Below, piece by piece: positions 33,113 through 42,663 of a stretch of 48,852 nt of DNA (position 1 is the stretch's first letter; every line of letters begins with the position of its first letter). The notes under the pieces are model-generated. The model made no database searches. It was not told the DNA's origin and worked only from the letters and a program-made list of their open reading frames with translations. A program made the position numbers and the translations under genes. The DNA is taken from the NCBI GenBank assembly GCA_937896365.1, contig CALBMH010000046.1:1-48852 (forward strand). Direction: 5' to 3'. The DNA is from an uncultured Alphaproteobacteria bacterium (GTDB lineage Bacteria > Pseudomonadota > Alphaproteobacteria > Paracaedibacterales > JAKBAR01).

Positions 33113-34198
33113 CTAGCTTGTTCGTATGACAAGACTGTAACATAAGTCAGAAAGAATACGCTTGATAGGGCTTTCATTGACAGGACTCAGGGCGTCTATT
33201 GCCTTTTTTGCGTAAGTCCATGCTTTGTCATAACTCTTTTGGATGGCTCCTGTGCGATGCATTATATGAAGTGCTGTATCAAGGTCTGAAGGGTCTAGGG
33301 TTTCATCTATTGTCACGCCTGCGCGTGCTATCATGGATTCGAGAATACCGCGCTCTTTTAGGGATCCTTCTTGATACGCAAGGAAGAGAGGAACGGTGAC
33401 CTTGCCCTCTTTAAGGTCATCTCCCATACTTTTTCCTAAGGATTCTGTCTCACCCACATAATCGAGGAGATCATCAATGATTTGGAAAGCCATACCGAGG
33501 TTATAACCAAAATGGTGGAGTGCTTCTTGAACATCACACGACCTGTTAAACAAAGCAGCGCTTATCTCACAGGATGCTGCAAAAAGAGCTGCTGTTTTGC
33601 TGCCTATGATACGAAGAAGAACTGTCTCATCCAACGAAAAGGTTTTGAGATAAGATAGCTGGAAAACTTCTCCCTCTGTAATTGTTTGGGAAACCTTTGC
33701 AAGTATAGGGAGCACACGCTTTTCATTATCTCCCAACATCAACTCAAAGGCCTTTGCAAAAAGAAAATCTCCCACCAGTATTGTTGGTTTGTTTCCCCAC
33801 AAGGCGTTGGCTGTGGGGCGTCCACGTCTAAGCGGAGAGACGTCAACGACATCGTCATGAAGGAGAGTAGCGCTATGAATGAATTCAATGGATGCAGCCA
33901 GCTCAACCATTTTATGAGAGGGTGTTTCCCCAAGAGTTCTGCAGCAGGCAAGGGAGAGAAGAGGGCGCAGACGCTTTCCACCCGCTAAGATAAGATGTTT
34001 TGCTATATCTCCAATGAGCGGAACACGTTGTTCTAGGTGTGTGAGAATGATATGATTTAGCTGAACCAGGTCCGAGTGGCATATCTCTTGAAGATTTTTG
34101 ATGAGAGACTGCGTATTTTGGGAAGGGAGGGTTTTCTTAATTGCAGATAAGTTGGTTGTAAGGGGATGCGTTTGCGCGAGCATGAATGTCAAAGTCAT
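33113..34198 (-). CDS. ispB: Long-chain polyprenyl diphosphate synthase (IspB/DdsA type)
   Basis: GGKRLRP, LLHDDVVD (FARM), RRG, FQIIDDLLD (SARM), DDLKEGK. The true start may be further downstream. Confidence 0.93.
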   Translation of the reverse strand: MTLTFMLAQTHPLTTNLSAIKKTLPSQNTQSLIKNLQEICHSDLVQLNHIILTHLEQRVPLIGDIAKHLILAGGKRLRPLLSLACCRTLGETPSHKMVELAASIEFIHSATLLHDDVVDVSPLRRGRPTANALWGNKPTILVGDFLFAKAFELMLGDNEKRVLPILAKVSQTITEGEVFQLSYLKTFSLDETVLLRIIGSKTAALFAASCEISAALFNRSCDVQEALHHFGYNLGMAFQIIDDLLDYVGETESLGKSMGDDLKEGKVTVPLFLAYQEGSLKERGILESMIARAGVTIDETLDPSDLDTALHIMHRTGAIQKSYDKAWTYAKKAIDALSPVNESPIKRILSDLCYSLVIRTS

Positions 34199-34280
34199 GA
34201 ATTCTTTAGCTTTAATCTACCTTTAAAAGCCGCTAACCTATAGTACAAAATGATCGAGTACACAAAAAGTTAGGATAAAG

Positions 34281-35024
34281 GTGACAGAAGATACTTTTAC
34301 GCAAGATTACCTTCTCAATGGAAAGATCGTTTTGCGCCAGCCTGTTCATGGTTACCGTGTAGCCATCGATCCTGTATTTCTTGCAGCCGCAGTGGATGTA
34401 AAAGAAGGGGAGACTGTTTTGGATATCGGCGCAGGTGTAGGAGCTGCTGCTTTGTGCCTTGCCGTACGCCAACCCAGATGTAAGATCATTGGACTTGAAA
34501 TTCAGCGTGAATACATCCGCTTGGCTGTCCAGAATATTGAACTTAACCACTTGCGCGATCGTGTGGAAATGCTCCACGGTGACTTGCTTAAACCCCCACC
34601 GCGGCTGGCGGCTGGAACCTTTTCTCACGTTATGACAAATCCTCCTTATCTTGAGGGACACCGTGGAAAAAGTTCCCCGAGCGCAGATAAAAATATTGCG
34701 AATAAAGAAACAGAGGTAGACCTTGAATCTTGGGCGCGCTTTTGCCTTTTGATGGTGAAGCCAAAAGGGACGATTACTTTTATCCATAGAGCCGATCGCC
34801 TTGATCATATCATGGTTTATTTTGCAGGAAAGCTTGGCGATATAACGATCTACCCTTTATGGCCTGGGAAGGGGAAGTCAGCTAAGCGTGTTATTGTGAG
34901 TGGAACAAAGAATGTGAACGGTTCTCTTAAGCTTTCTCAGGGTATGTTCCTTCACGGAGCTGACGGTCGTTTCACACGGGAGGCGGAGGCTGTTTTAAGA
35001 GATGGTGAAAGGGTTGAGCTGTAG
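34281..35024 (+). CDS. tRNA1(Val) adenine(37)-N6 methyltransferase-like (TrmN6/YfiC family)
   Basis: QP..GYR..ID.V.LAA, VLDIGAGVG, NPPY. Divergent from ispB as is usual in alphaproteobacteria. Confidence 0.88.
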   Translation: MTEDTFTQDYLLNGKIVLRQPVHGYRVAIDPVFLAAAVDVKEGETVLDIGAGVGAAALCLAVRQPRCKIIGLEIQREYIRLAVQNIELNHLRDRVEMLHGDLLKPPPRLAAGTFSHVMTNPPYLEGHRGKSSPSADKNIANKETEVDLESWARFCLLMVKPKGTITFIHRADRLDHIMVYFAGKLGDITIYPLWPGKGKSAKRVIVSGTKNVNGSLKLSQGMFLHGADGRFTREAEAVLRDGERVEL

Positions 35025-35119
35025 CACTCATCTTAGGTCTTCCTTAGAAAAGTTTTAGGGGGACTTTTCCTTTCAGCTTTGACTATCCATCTTAGAATGA
35101 TTGTTTTTTACATCTGGGT

Positions 35120-35135
35120 TGGTATAAAGATTGCA
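35120..35135 (+). promoter_or_regulatory. Sigma54 (-24/-12) promoter of the flagellin operon
   Basis: TGGTAT-AAAGA-TTGCA matches TGGCAC-N5-TTGCA with correct GG/GC spacing, about 60 nt before the ATG. Confidence 0.72.
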
Positions 35136-35194
35136 TAATGTGTCACTGAACGCACGAAGCGTTTTAACTCTAACCCACAAGATGTGAGGATAAC

Positions 35195-36679
35195 ATGACA
35201 GATATCTCTGCAAATACAAATATTGGTGCTATGGCGGCACGCCGTTACATGGAACGGAATAACCGTATGGCGGGTCTTGCAACACAAGAACTAGCATCAG
35301 GTATGGTGACCTACGACCCATCTCGTAAACCTTCTGAATCTGCTATCGGTGCTCGTTTGGAAGCTAAAATCAGCAACCTAGCTCAGGCCACAAAAAACGC
35401 CAATCAGCTTATTGCTCTGATTCAAATGGGTACAGGTACGCTGGAGACAACGCAAAATGTTATCACCCGTATGCAAAGTTTGACAGGGCAAGCCAATAAC
35501 AACGCCTTGGGTGATAATGAACGAGCAATGCTTGACCAAGAGTATCAGCAACTTTTATCGCAGATTACAAACCTTGCCCAATACACCCGTTGGGGAGATG
35601 TCCAGCTTTTCAATGGTTCGGCCGCCTCGAAGACGGATGATGGTGTTGTTGCTCAAGCGTTTACGGTTAACGATATTACGGCTACTTATGCCAATACGTT
35701 TGCCGCTGCTGCATTCAATACAGCACAAACAACGGGGCCTGTTAACGGTATTATCTCTGACGCAACAGTCGTTTCAAATGGAGCAAACTTTGATGTTACT
35801 GTTACTTACTCAGATGGTAAGGTTTTCTCGGCAACAACGGGTGATCCAACAAACTCTGGCATCCTTTTGTTAAAAAATACTAAGGACGCCAATAACACAT
35901 TAGCGTTCAACTACGCAGTCGATGCTTCTGGTATTACAACAGCAACAAGCTTCCAAAATGCCCTGCGTGGTGTTCTTGGTATTGGTTCAGGTAACCGTTC
36001 AGTCGGCACAAATAGTTCCATTGCCATGTATGCTGGTGCAACAGTTACACCAGGTGCAGCAGCAGCATCAGGTAAGTGGACCATGAAATATGATGTTAGC
36101 AGCACCACAGGTACTTTTAGCATTTCAAACGGTCTTCAAAAGTATACATCCACTGTGACAGCATCAGCGTCTATTACTCAGACGATTAACGTTGGTGCCT
36201 TTTCTGTAGCGCTCAGCGCCTTCAACGGTTCAGCTTCTCTTGGCCAAGTAGGTATGGACGTTACCACAGCTACGACACTCACCATGTCAGGCCAGATTGA
36301 AGAAACATCTTCTGATACTTTGTCAATTACATTTCGCTCTGCAACAGCGTCGTCTTTGAACTTGTCAGGAACCAATGTTTCAACACAATCAAATGCAGCA
36401 ACGGCGGACACATCCCTTAAGTCGGCTGCACGTACAATTAGTACCTTTATTGCAGAGCTCGGTGGTAAGCGAAGCCAGCTGGATTTCCAAGTCGACAACT
36501 TAAAAGTCTCCCAGCAAAACCAAGCCTCGGCAAAAAGTACCTACACAGATACAAATATTGCCGAAGCTACAGAGCGTTTGACGAAGTTTAAGGCTCTTTC
36601 TAATATGTCGAGTTCTGTGTTCTCACAGTCCATCCAAGACGCACAGCGCTTGGCGCAGCTCCTCGATCGTGTCAGTTAA
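35195..36679 (+). CDS. fliC: Flagellin (divergent)
   Basis: N-terminal NTNIGAMAA...NANQLIALIQ...RMQSL..QA...ERAMLDQEYQQL, C-terminal AELGGKRSQL...S...DTNIAEA, Thr/Ser/Ala-rich middle. Confidence 0.92.
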   Translation: MTDISANTNIGAMAARRYMERNNRMAGLATQELASGMVTYDPSRKPSESAIGARLEAKISNLAQATKNANQLIALIQMGTGTLETTQNVITRMQSLTGQANNNALGDNERAMLDQEYQQLLSQITNLAQYTRWGDVQLFNGSAASKTDDGVVAQAFTVNDITATYANTFAAAAFNTAQTTGPVNGIISDATVVSNGANFDVTVTYSDGKVFSATTGDPTNSGILLLKNTKDANNTLAFNYAVDASGITTATSFQNALRGVLGIGSGNRSVGTNSSIAMYAGATVTPGAAAASGKWTMKYDVSSTTGTFSISNGLQKYTSTVTASASITQTINVGAFSVALSAFNGSASLGQVGMDVTTATTLTMSGQIEETSSDTLSITFRSATASSLNLSGTNVSTQSNAATADTSLKSAARTISTFIAELGGKRSQLDFQVDNLKVSQQNQASAKSTYTDTNIAEATERLTKFKALSNMSSSVFSQSIQDAQRLAQLLDRVS

Positions 36680-36689
36680 GTATATTCCT

Positions 36690-36712
36690 CGGTAGGAAAA
36701 TTTTTCCTACCG
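36690..36712 (+). terminator. Stem-loop between fliC and fliD (partial terminator or mRNA stabiliser)
   Basis: CGGTAGGAAAA-T-TTTTCCTACCG perfect inverted repeat; no long U-tract. Confidence 0.6.
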
Positions 36713-36739
36713 TTAGGATAAAATAAGGAAGACTTTTCC

Positions 36740-38584
36740 ATGTCTGAGTTGATCCAAAACGGGGCGAGCCTTATTCAACAACGTACTGATGCTTATGGGG
36801 CTAAGAGGTACACGATCTCCCCAAAGCTCGATACCACAGGTATGGATCCTTCCGAGTATGCGAAATCTGTTGGAGATGTTAGGCGTGCCGAAGCAAAAAA
36901 CTATAAGGACAAAGTGGATGATAATCTCAAGCATATCACAAAGCTGCAAGAGCTTAAGAAACACACAACGACAGTGCGTAACTTTTCTGAAAGTCTAGGA
37001 AATTATTTGGGTGCTAATACCAAGGTGCCTAATCTTTGGAAAGAAAAAATGCCATCCATCGTCTCTTCCAGTGGGGAAAAGGCTGATCATCTTGTTCATC
37101 TTACAGCCACTAAAGAGGCAAATATTCGAGATTTTAAAATCGAAATCCTTCAAATGGCGAAGGCTGATAGCCTGCAAAGTACGAATGCTTTCGCCTCCAA
37201 GACAGCTGGTTTGGGAATCAGCGGGACTCTTACCATTGGTGGAACCAATGTGACTATCACAGATGGAACCAGTGGTACAGTCAACATGAATCTTGAAGAT
37301 ATAAGCAATCTCGTTAACAGTACATTTTCCACAAAAGTACGTATGGACGTGTTTTCTCTTGATGGGACTACTTATGGTTGGCAAATAACAGCGCTTGATC
37401 TTTCTAAACCAGTGGATCTTACGGGTACCTCTCAAACATTATTGAATGGACTCTTCATCCCGAAAGACCCCCTAGATGCGACACTTGCGCGTATTACAAG
37501 TACGGATGCTCTTACATTAAAGTTTAAATACAACGATCAACTTATGAGCCGAAGCGGCAGCAATGTGATTTCAGACCTTATCCCCAATGTAACGTTAGAA
37601 ATCAAAGGAGAAAATACAGGGGCTTTGCTTAGTAAAATTGACTATGCACGCCAAACAGTTGTTGATGGATTTAGTGAATTTGTAAACGCTTATAACGGTC
37701 TTCGTGCTTTTTCAAGGGAGCAAACAGCCTTTGAAGCAGATAAAACAACACCAAAGGAAGGGGCCCATCTCCACAAAAGCTCTATACTTAAACGACAACT
37801 CTTTGACATGGAGAACATCCTAAGCACATGGGTGGAAGGACTCTCATCGACAAATCCAAACACTATTCAAGGTATTGGCCTTAGTATTGGCCAATCTATA
37901 ATTGGGGGGAATCAACAAATCACCTCTGATCTTAGTGGGGATTTATTCCTTGATCTGATTAAGCTTGATCAGATGATTGGAGGCGATAAAATCCATCAAG
38001 TTCTTGCTGTTGTTGGGAATAACGTATCGTCAACAAATGACTATTTCCGTGTGTTCAGTATTCCTGACTTTATGAAAAACAATGCCATTGCCGGGGTACC
38101 TGTTACTGTGAGTTTGCAAAAGCAAAATGGCACGCTAAAGGCGACCCTGTCTGCTACTATTAACACTGTCATGACAAATGTTGATGGGGAATATAAGGAA
38201 GGGGGGCTTATCAATGGCCCTAAAAACACTCCCTTTGAAGGATTTACCATTGCTTGCAAAACAGATAAGGTCTCCGCACTTATTGATAATGGCCCCGCTC
38301 TTTCTACAACAGTTACATCCACACAAGGTGTTCTTACACGTCTTGAAAAGACGTTAGATAGCTATCTAGCCTTCCAAACGGGTATTGTAGATCAAGAAAT
38401 CCAGCGCTTGGAGCAAGAAAATATAAAAAATAACGAACGCTCTGAAAAGCTCGAGCTCCAGGCAAGAATAGAAGAGGAGCGGATTATCAAACAATTTCAA
38501 TATATTCGTGAGATCGAACGTTCCTATCTTTCCATGATGGAAATGATGGACTCTCTCATGGACCTCATGGCAAGTAAAAAATAA
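36740..38584 (+). CDS. fliD: Flagellar filament cap FliD (divergent)
   Basis: Follows fliC. IEILQMAKA, SNVISDLIPNVTLEI, FVNAYNGL, C-terminal coiled coil. Confidence 0.82.
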   Translation: MSELIQNGASLIQQRTDAYGAKRYTISPKLDTTGMDPSEYAKSVGDVRRAEAKNYKDKVDDNLKHITKLQELKKHTTTVRNFSESLGNYLGANTKVPNLWKEKMPSIVSSSGEKADHLVHLTATKEANIRDFKIEILQMAKADSLQSTNAFASKTAGLGISGTLTIGGTNVTITDGTSGTVNMNLEDISNLVNSTFSTKVRMDVFSLDGTTYGWQITALDLSKPVDLTGTSQTLLNGLFIPKDPLDATLARITSTDALTLKFKYNDQLMSRSGSNVISDLIPNVTLEIKGENTGALLSKIDYARQTVVDGFSEFVNAYNGLRAFSREQTAFEADKTTPKEGAHLHKSSILKRQLFDMENILSTWVEGLSSTNPNTIQGIGLSIGQSIIGGNQQITSDLSGDLFLDLIKLDQMIGGDKIHQVLAVVGNNVSSTNDYFRVFSIPDFMKNNAIAGVPVTVSLQKQNGTLKATLSATINTVMTNVDGEYKEGGLINGPKNTPFEGFTIACKTDKVSALIDNGPALSTTVTSTQGVLTRLEKTLDSYLAFQTGIVDQEIQRLEQENIKNNERSEKLELQARIEEERIIKQFQYIREIERSYLSMMEMMDSLMDLMASKK

Positions 38585-38610
38585 AACACAAAGAGAAGAT
38601 AGGTCATTTC

Positions 38611-38973
38611 ATGAACCAGGTACTTAGAAATTACAACCGGTCAAAAACCCTAACGAAGACCCCGCAACAGATGGTGGCTACGGTTTTTGAGCGATGTGCT
38701 TTTTGGATGGAAGGCATGGCAAAATGCCTGGAGGAAAAGAAATATTTTGAGCGCTATCAATATTCTGAAAAAGTTGTGATGGCGTTGACTTATCTCATGC
38801 CGTTGTTTGCAGATGCATCATCTGAACAAAAACAGTTTGCACAAGAGATGAAGGAATTTTGTTTTCTCATTCTCGCCTTTGTGACTGAAATCAACCAGAA
38901 AGAGAACCTATCCCTTTGTAGCGAAACGCGTAGTTTACTCCAGGATATGGCGTCCATTTGGCAAAAGGTATAA
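38611..38973 (+). CDS. fliS: Flagellin chaperone FliS-like protein
   Basis: 120 aa helical protein with Y...TPQQMVATVFER and terminal L..MASIW; fliC-fliD-fliS synteny. Confidence 0.65.
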   Translation: MNQVLRNYNRSKTLTKTPQQMVATVFERCAFWMEGMAKCLEEKKYFERYQYSEKVVMALTYLMPLFADASSEQKQFAQEMKEFCFLILAFVTEINQKENLSLCSETRSLLQDMASIWQKV

Positions 38974-39025
38974 AAGTGAGATAAAATGCTCTCTTAAGAT
39001 ACGAAAGACAGGATACTTTCAATCC

Positions 39026-40069
39026 ATGCGGTTGATTACAGATAACGATGGCATTGATATTCTTCGGGGATCCCTTTGTCAGACCAAGAGCCCCTTTATC
39101 GCTGTTGACACAGAATTTGTGCGCCAACACACTTTTTACCCTGAATTGTCACTTGTCCAAATAGCCTTTGAAAACGAGTGTTACGTCATTGACACACTCA
39201 CGCCTCACTGGAACGCAAAACAACTGAGAGATATCCTCTTCCAAGACTATCTTACTCTCGTTTTTCATTCCTGCCGACAAGATTTAGAAATTTTTTTTCA
39301 TCTTTACAAAGCGTTGCCACAGTGTCTCTTTGATACACAAATTGCGGCTATTTTCATGGGGCTTGGCGAGACGATGTCTTATGATAGGCTTGTGAAGCAT
39401 TATCTGAACTTAACGATTGATAAATCTCAGCAGCATACAGATTGGCTGAGGCGCCCTCTTTGTTTTAAGCAAATCCAATATGCTGCCAGAGATGTCATTT
39501 ATCTTGCTGATATTTATCCGCGTATGATTGCAGACTTAAAGAAAACAGGTCGCTTCGATTGGGCATTGGCTGAGATGAAGTCTCTTTCCAATCCCTCTCT
39601 TCTATCCGTCATGACTTCAACACGACTGTCGCGGATGGGTGTTTCCCGCAATCATTATGGTTTGGCTAGCGCCCTTTTGGCTTTTCGTGATCGACATGCG
39701 AGCATACTCAATATGAACCGTGCACGTTTTTTAAGTGATAAAACTCTTTCCACAATGACAGCCTTTCGCGATATTCACAAACTCCGCGATTTTGCTCTGC
39801 GTACCACGCACCTCGAACAATGGGGCTTAATCGAATCTCTCCTGGAGACCTTTGAAAATCACAAGAACTCGGAGGATACGTCTTCTCCTATGAGCCTCAA
39901 GCAACAAAAAGAGCTTGCGGAGCTTCGTCGTAAGAGAGATGAAAGAGCTGCTGTACTCAATCTTCCCCCTCATTTCCTTGCCAGTACAAGTGATCTCCGT
40001 ACCTCTATTCTCTCTGGAACGGGGCGTCTCTTGACAACCTGGCGTAAAGAGGCACTCGAAGTGTTTTAG
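39026..40069 (+). CDS. rnd: Ribonuclease D
   Basis: IAVDTEFVR..TFYPELSLVQ, VFHSCRQDLE, FDTQIAA, TDWLRRPL...YAARDV. Confidence 0.93.
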   Translation: MRLITDNDGIDILRGSLCQTKSPFIAVDTEFVRQHTFYPELSLVQIAFENECYVIDTLTPHWNAKQLRDILFQDYLTLVFHSCRQDLEIFFHLYKALPQCLFDTQIAAIFMGLGETMSYDRLVKHYLNLTIDKSQQHTDWLRRPLCFKQIQYAARDVIYLADIYPRMIADLKKTGRFDWALAEMKSLSNPSLLSVMTSTRLSRMGVSRNHYGLASALLAFRDRHASILNMNRARFLSDKTLSTMTAFRDIHKLRDFALRTTHLEQWGLIESLLETFENHKNSEDTSSPMSLKQQKELAELRRKRDERAAVLNLPPHFLASTSDLRTSILSGTGRLLTTWRKEALEVF

Positions 40070-40137
40070 AAAGCCTATGGACAACAAGGATTCCTAAGGG
40101 GGGCGATCTCCTTGAAACGAGCCTTTCGCCCATATAC

Positions 40138-42414
40138 CTACATTCCTATGGTCCTCAAAGAAACGTTGGGGTAACCTCCCGATGAAAAGGGTTTGAACGT
40201 CCCAAGGTTTTTAAAGTTAAACTGCAGAAGAACGCCTGTGTCAGGGCGAATATCACGATCGCGGAATTGAGTGCGGTAAACACCAAAGCTCAGTTGGAAA
40301 CAGTCATTTTGATAAACAGCAGAGGCCATGTGAGCACGTGCATTCTTCTCAAGGCGAGAGAGATTTTTGCTCTGGGTAAAGGCAACAGACCACTCATCAT
40401 TTATCTTCGACAGTGCCTGCCAGTTAATTTGATTCATGGGTTGCTTTGAAGGCGTATCGCGCTTATCCACATATACGTATGTGGTATTCACTGTGAAGAT
40501 CGGGTATCCAAAATTTGCTGTTATTTCTGAAAAGCGATTCTGCAATTTATAGCGATCAAAACGACCACGATAATGAAGCCGCATCCATTGGATGGGAACA
40601 AACTGGAGACGTGTCACATAGTCAGAGGCGTTTTTGTGATCGCCAATCAGATCGACACCCTGTCTGTCCAGTCGGTAACTTTGTCCAAGGAAAAGGGTTA
40701 TACGACGGCTACTGCTTCCATAGAGTCCCGTATTCACACCATACACAAAGCGACGCCCCGAATCAGCTCTGTCAAACCCATTCATACGCTCTATGTAAAA
40801 AAGATTCAGATCCTCTAGTTCGCTCAAACGCGAATCTTCATTGGGAATTTTTGCTGGGTTGAGTCCGTTGGGCGATGCCACGACTTGTGCGACTGGTTCC
40901 ATAACATATTGACCAAGGTTTGTCAGACGTACAAAAGGATAGCGCCATGTGACGCTTGTTGTGGGGAATGCACGTCCGGTTGTATAGCTAGGACGGGAGC
41001 TCTGAAATGTTGTCGCATAATCGTGAATGGCGTAGACATCTCCTCGTATTTGAGCATCCAACTCAACAAGCTGTCCCGATGATGTTACATAAGGCAAGTG
41101 AAACTGTCCTTTGACAATGCCCCGTGTACTCGCTTTGGGGGTTGTATTCAGTGTACTTGAACGCCTTGAGAGTGAGAGAAGGTGGCTTTCAAACCCAAAA
41201 CTTTCTCCCAAATTTCCTGGGTCTGACTTATACATGTACTGGGCAAGGGGAAAAACATAAGGAGTCGTCTTAGGGGTGTCTGTCTGGAAAGCATAGGACT
41301 TCACTCCCAAGTAGTTGTTTTTGTGGAATTTCTCCCATTTTGCAAGGGATATCAGATTTTTATTTTGTGCAAAAGTTTGATTATTTCCAATGATATTATA
41401 ACGACGTAAGTACGTGGTATCGCTTGCCCGATTGACCTCGAATGTCAGCAGGTCATGATCTGTCATCTCAAATCGTCCTTTGGAAAGAAGATGGAATCGT
41501 GTTTTGGGCGGTACTGCAGTGGATTGCACTCTTAAGCGGCGCCGATCGAGGTGGCGGGTTTGTGTAAGGCTTCCGTTCAGCTGTATGTCTCCTGCTCGAA
41601 AACCATGACGATACTCTGCAGCGAATATGGGGCCCTGTTTTGTCGTCATAATGGGGGTCATTGTCATGTCATTATGGGGACCGAGGACCCAAAAATAAGG
41701 AACCTTAATCATTGCACCGAGATCTGTGGATTGACCGTACGTGGGCATCAAAAGCCCACTTTTTCGTTTTACTTTAGGATCAGGATGACGGAAATAAGGT
41801 GTGTAAAGAACAGGCATGCCAAACAAGTCCAGGTACACATCATGATAAACCATGATACGGTCCCCATGATCATGAAGAACTTTGTTTGAGCGAATTTGCC
41901 AAAGAGGTACTGGTTTCGTTGCACATATTTTGCAAGGAGAATAGGTCGCCTTGTGAAATATCGTTTCATTACCATGATGCCTATGGCCTTTTTTTGCTGT
42001 GAGGCGTCCTTCATCATTGCTAAGAAGAATACGTACGGGCTCAACAAAACCATTGTCAAAGGTTTCATCCATATCTATCTTTTCGCTAAACAGCGCGTTA
42101 TGATGCTCATCGATCGCAACAACATGTCCCGTGGCTGTAATTTTCTTTGTCTTGCGGTTATAAACAAAACGATCCGCCTTTAAAAACCGCTCAAGAACGG
42201 GGGAGGCAGACGCTTCTTCACTTTTTGTTTCGAACAAAAATGGTTTTTTGTCTTCGGATAGAAATTGACTGATTTCGACACATCCGAAAGCTTCAATGAC
42301 ATCAAGTTTTTCATTGTAGACAACTTTATCAGCCGTGAAATAGAGGGGGTTCTCCGACGCGCTTAAGAAATTGATAGCAAAAAAAACAGAGAAGAAAAAG
42401 GCCCAAACAACCAT
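40138..42414 (-). CDS. lptD: LPS-assembly protein LptD
   Basis: Signal peptide, OstA-like FTADK, YSPCKIC...PLWQI, RKSGLLMP, SDTTYLRRY, IPNEDS, YQNDC, FKNLG. Confidence 0.92.
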   Translation of the reverse strand: MVVWAFFFSVFFAINFLSASENPLYFTADKVVYNEKLDVIEAFGCVEISQFLSEDKKPFLFETKSEEASASPVLERFLKADRFVYNRKTKKITATGHVVAIDEHHNALFSEKIDMDETFDNGFVEPVRILLSNDEGRLTAKKGHRHHGNETIFHKATYSPCKICATKPVPLWQIRSNKVLHDHGDRIMVYHDVYLDLFGMPVLYTPYFRHPDPKVKRKSGLLMPTYGQSTDLGAMIKVPYFWVLGPHNDMTMTPIMTTKQGPIFAAEYRHGFRAGDIQLNGSLTQTRHLDRRRLRVQSTAVPPKTRFHLLSKGRFEMTDHDLLTFEVNRASDTTYLRRYNIIGNNQTFAQNKNLISLAKWEKFHKNNYLGVKSYAFQTDTPKTTPYVFPLAQYMYKSDPGNLGESFGFESHLLSLSRRSSTLNTTPKASTRGIVKGQFHLPYVTSSGQLVELDAQIRGDVYAIHDYATTFQSSRPSYTTGRAFPTTSVTWRYPFVRLTNLGQYVMEPVAQVVASPNGLNPAKIPNEDSRLSELEDLNLFYIERMNGFDRADSGRRFVYGVNTGLYGSSSRRITLFLGQSYRLDRQGVDLIGDHKNASDYVTRLQFVPIQWMRLHYRGRFDRYKLQNRFSEITANFGYPIFTVNTTYVYVDKRDTPSKQPMNQINWQALSKINDEWSVAFTQSKNLSRLEKNARAHMASAVYQNDCFQLSFGVYRTQFRDRDIRPDTGVLLQFNFKNLGTFKPFSSGGYPNVSLRTIGM

Positions 42415-42584
42415 TCGCAGGAGAGTTCACAAGCGCTAATCGAGAATCTGTCTCGATCATAAGACAACATGCAAGGCACCGCAAATAAATTAGCAACGAG
42501 GGTTTGTCCTGATTTGGTGCCGTTTTGGCATTTTTATTCTTGCATGTTTTTTAAATTTGATTATAGTACATCTATAAAGCGCAA

Positions 42585-42659
42585 GCGGGCGTAGCTCAGG
42601 GGTAGAGCATAACCTTGCCAAGGTTAGGGTCGAGGGTTCGAATCCCTTCGCCCGCTCCA
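42585..42659 (+). tRNA. tRNA-Gly(GCC)
   Basis: Acceptor GCGGGCG/CGCCCGC, anticodon loop TTGCCAA, CCA. Upstream TTGCAT-16-TATAGT promoter-like sequence. Confidence 0.97.
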
Positions 42660-42663
42660 TTTC

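Noticed and set aside
40463-40471. TTATCCACA DnaA box inside lptD
   Set aside because: Isolated and within coding sequence; expected by chance.
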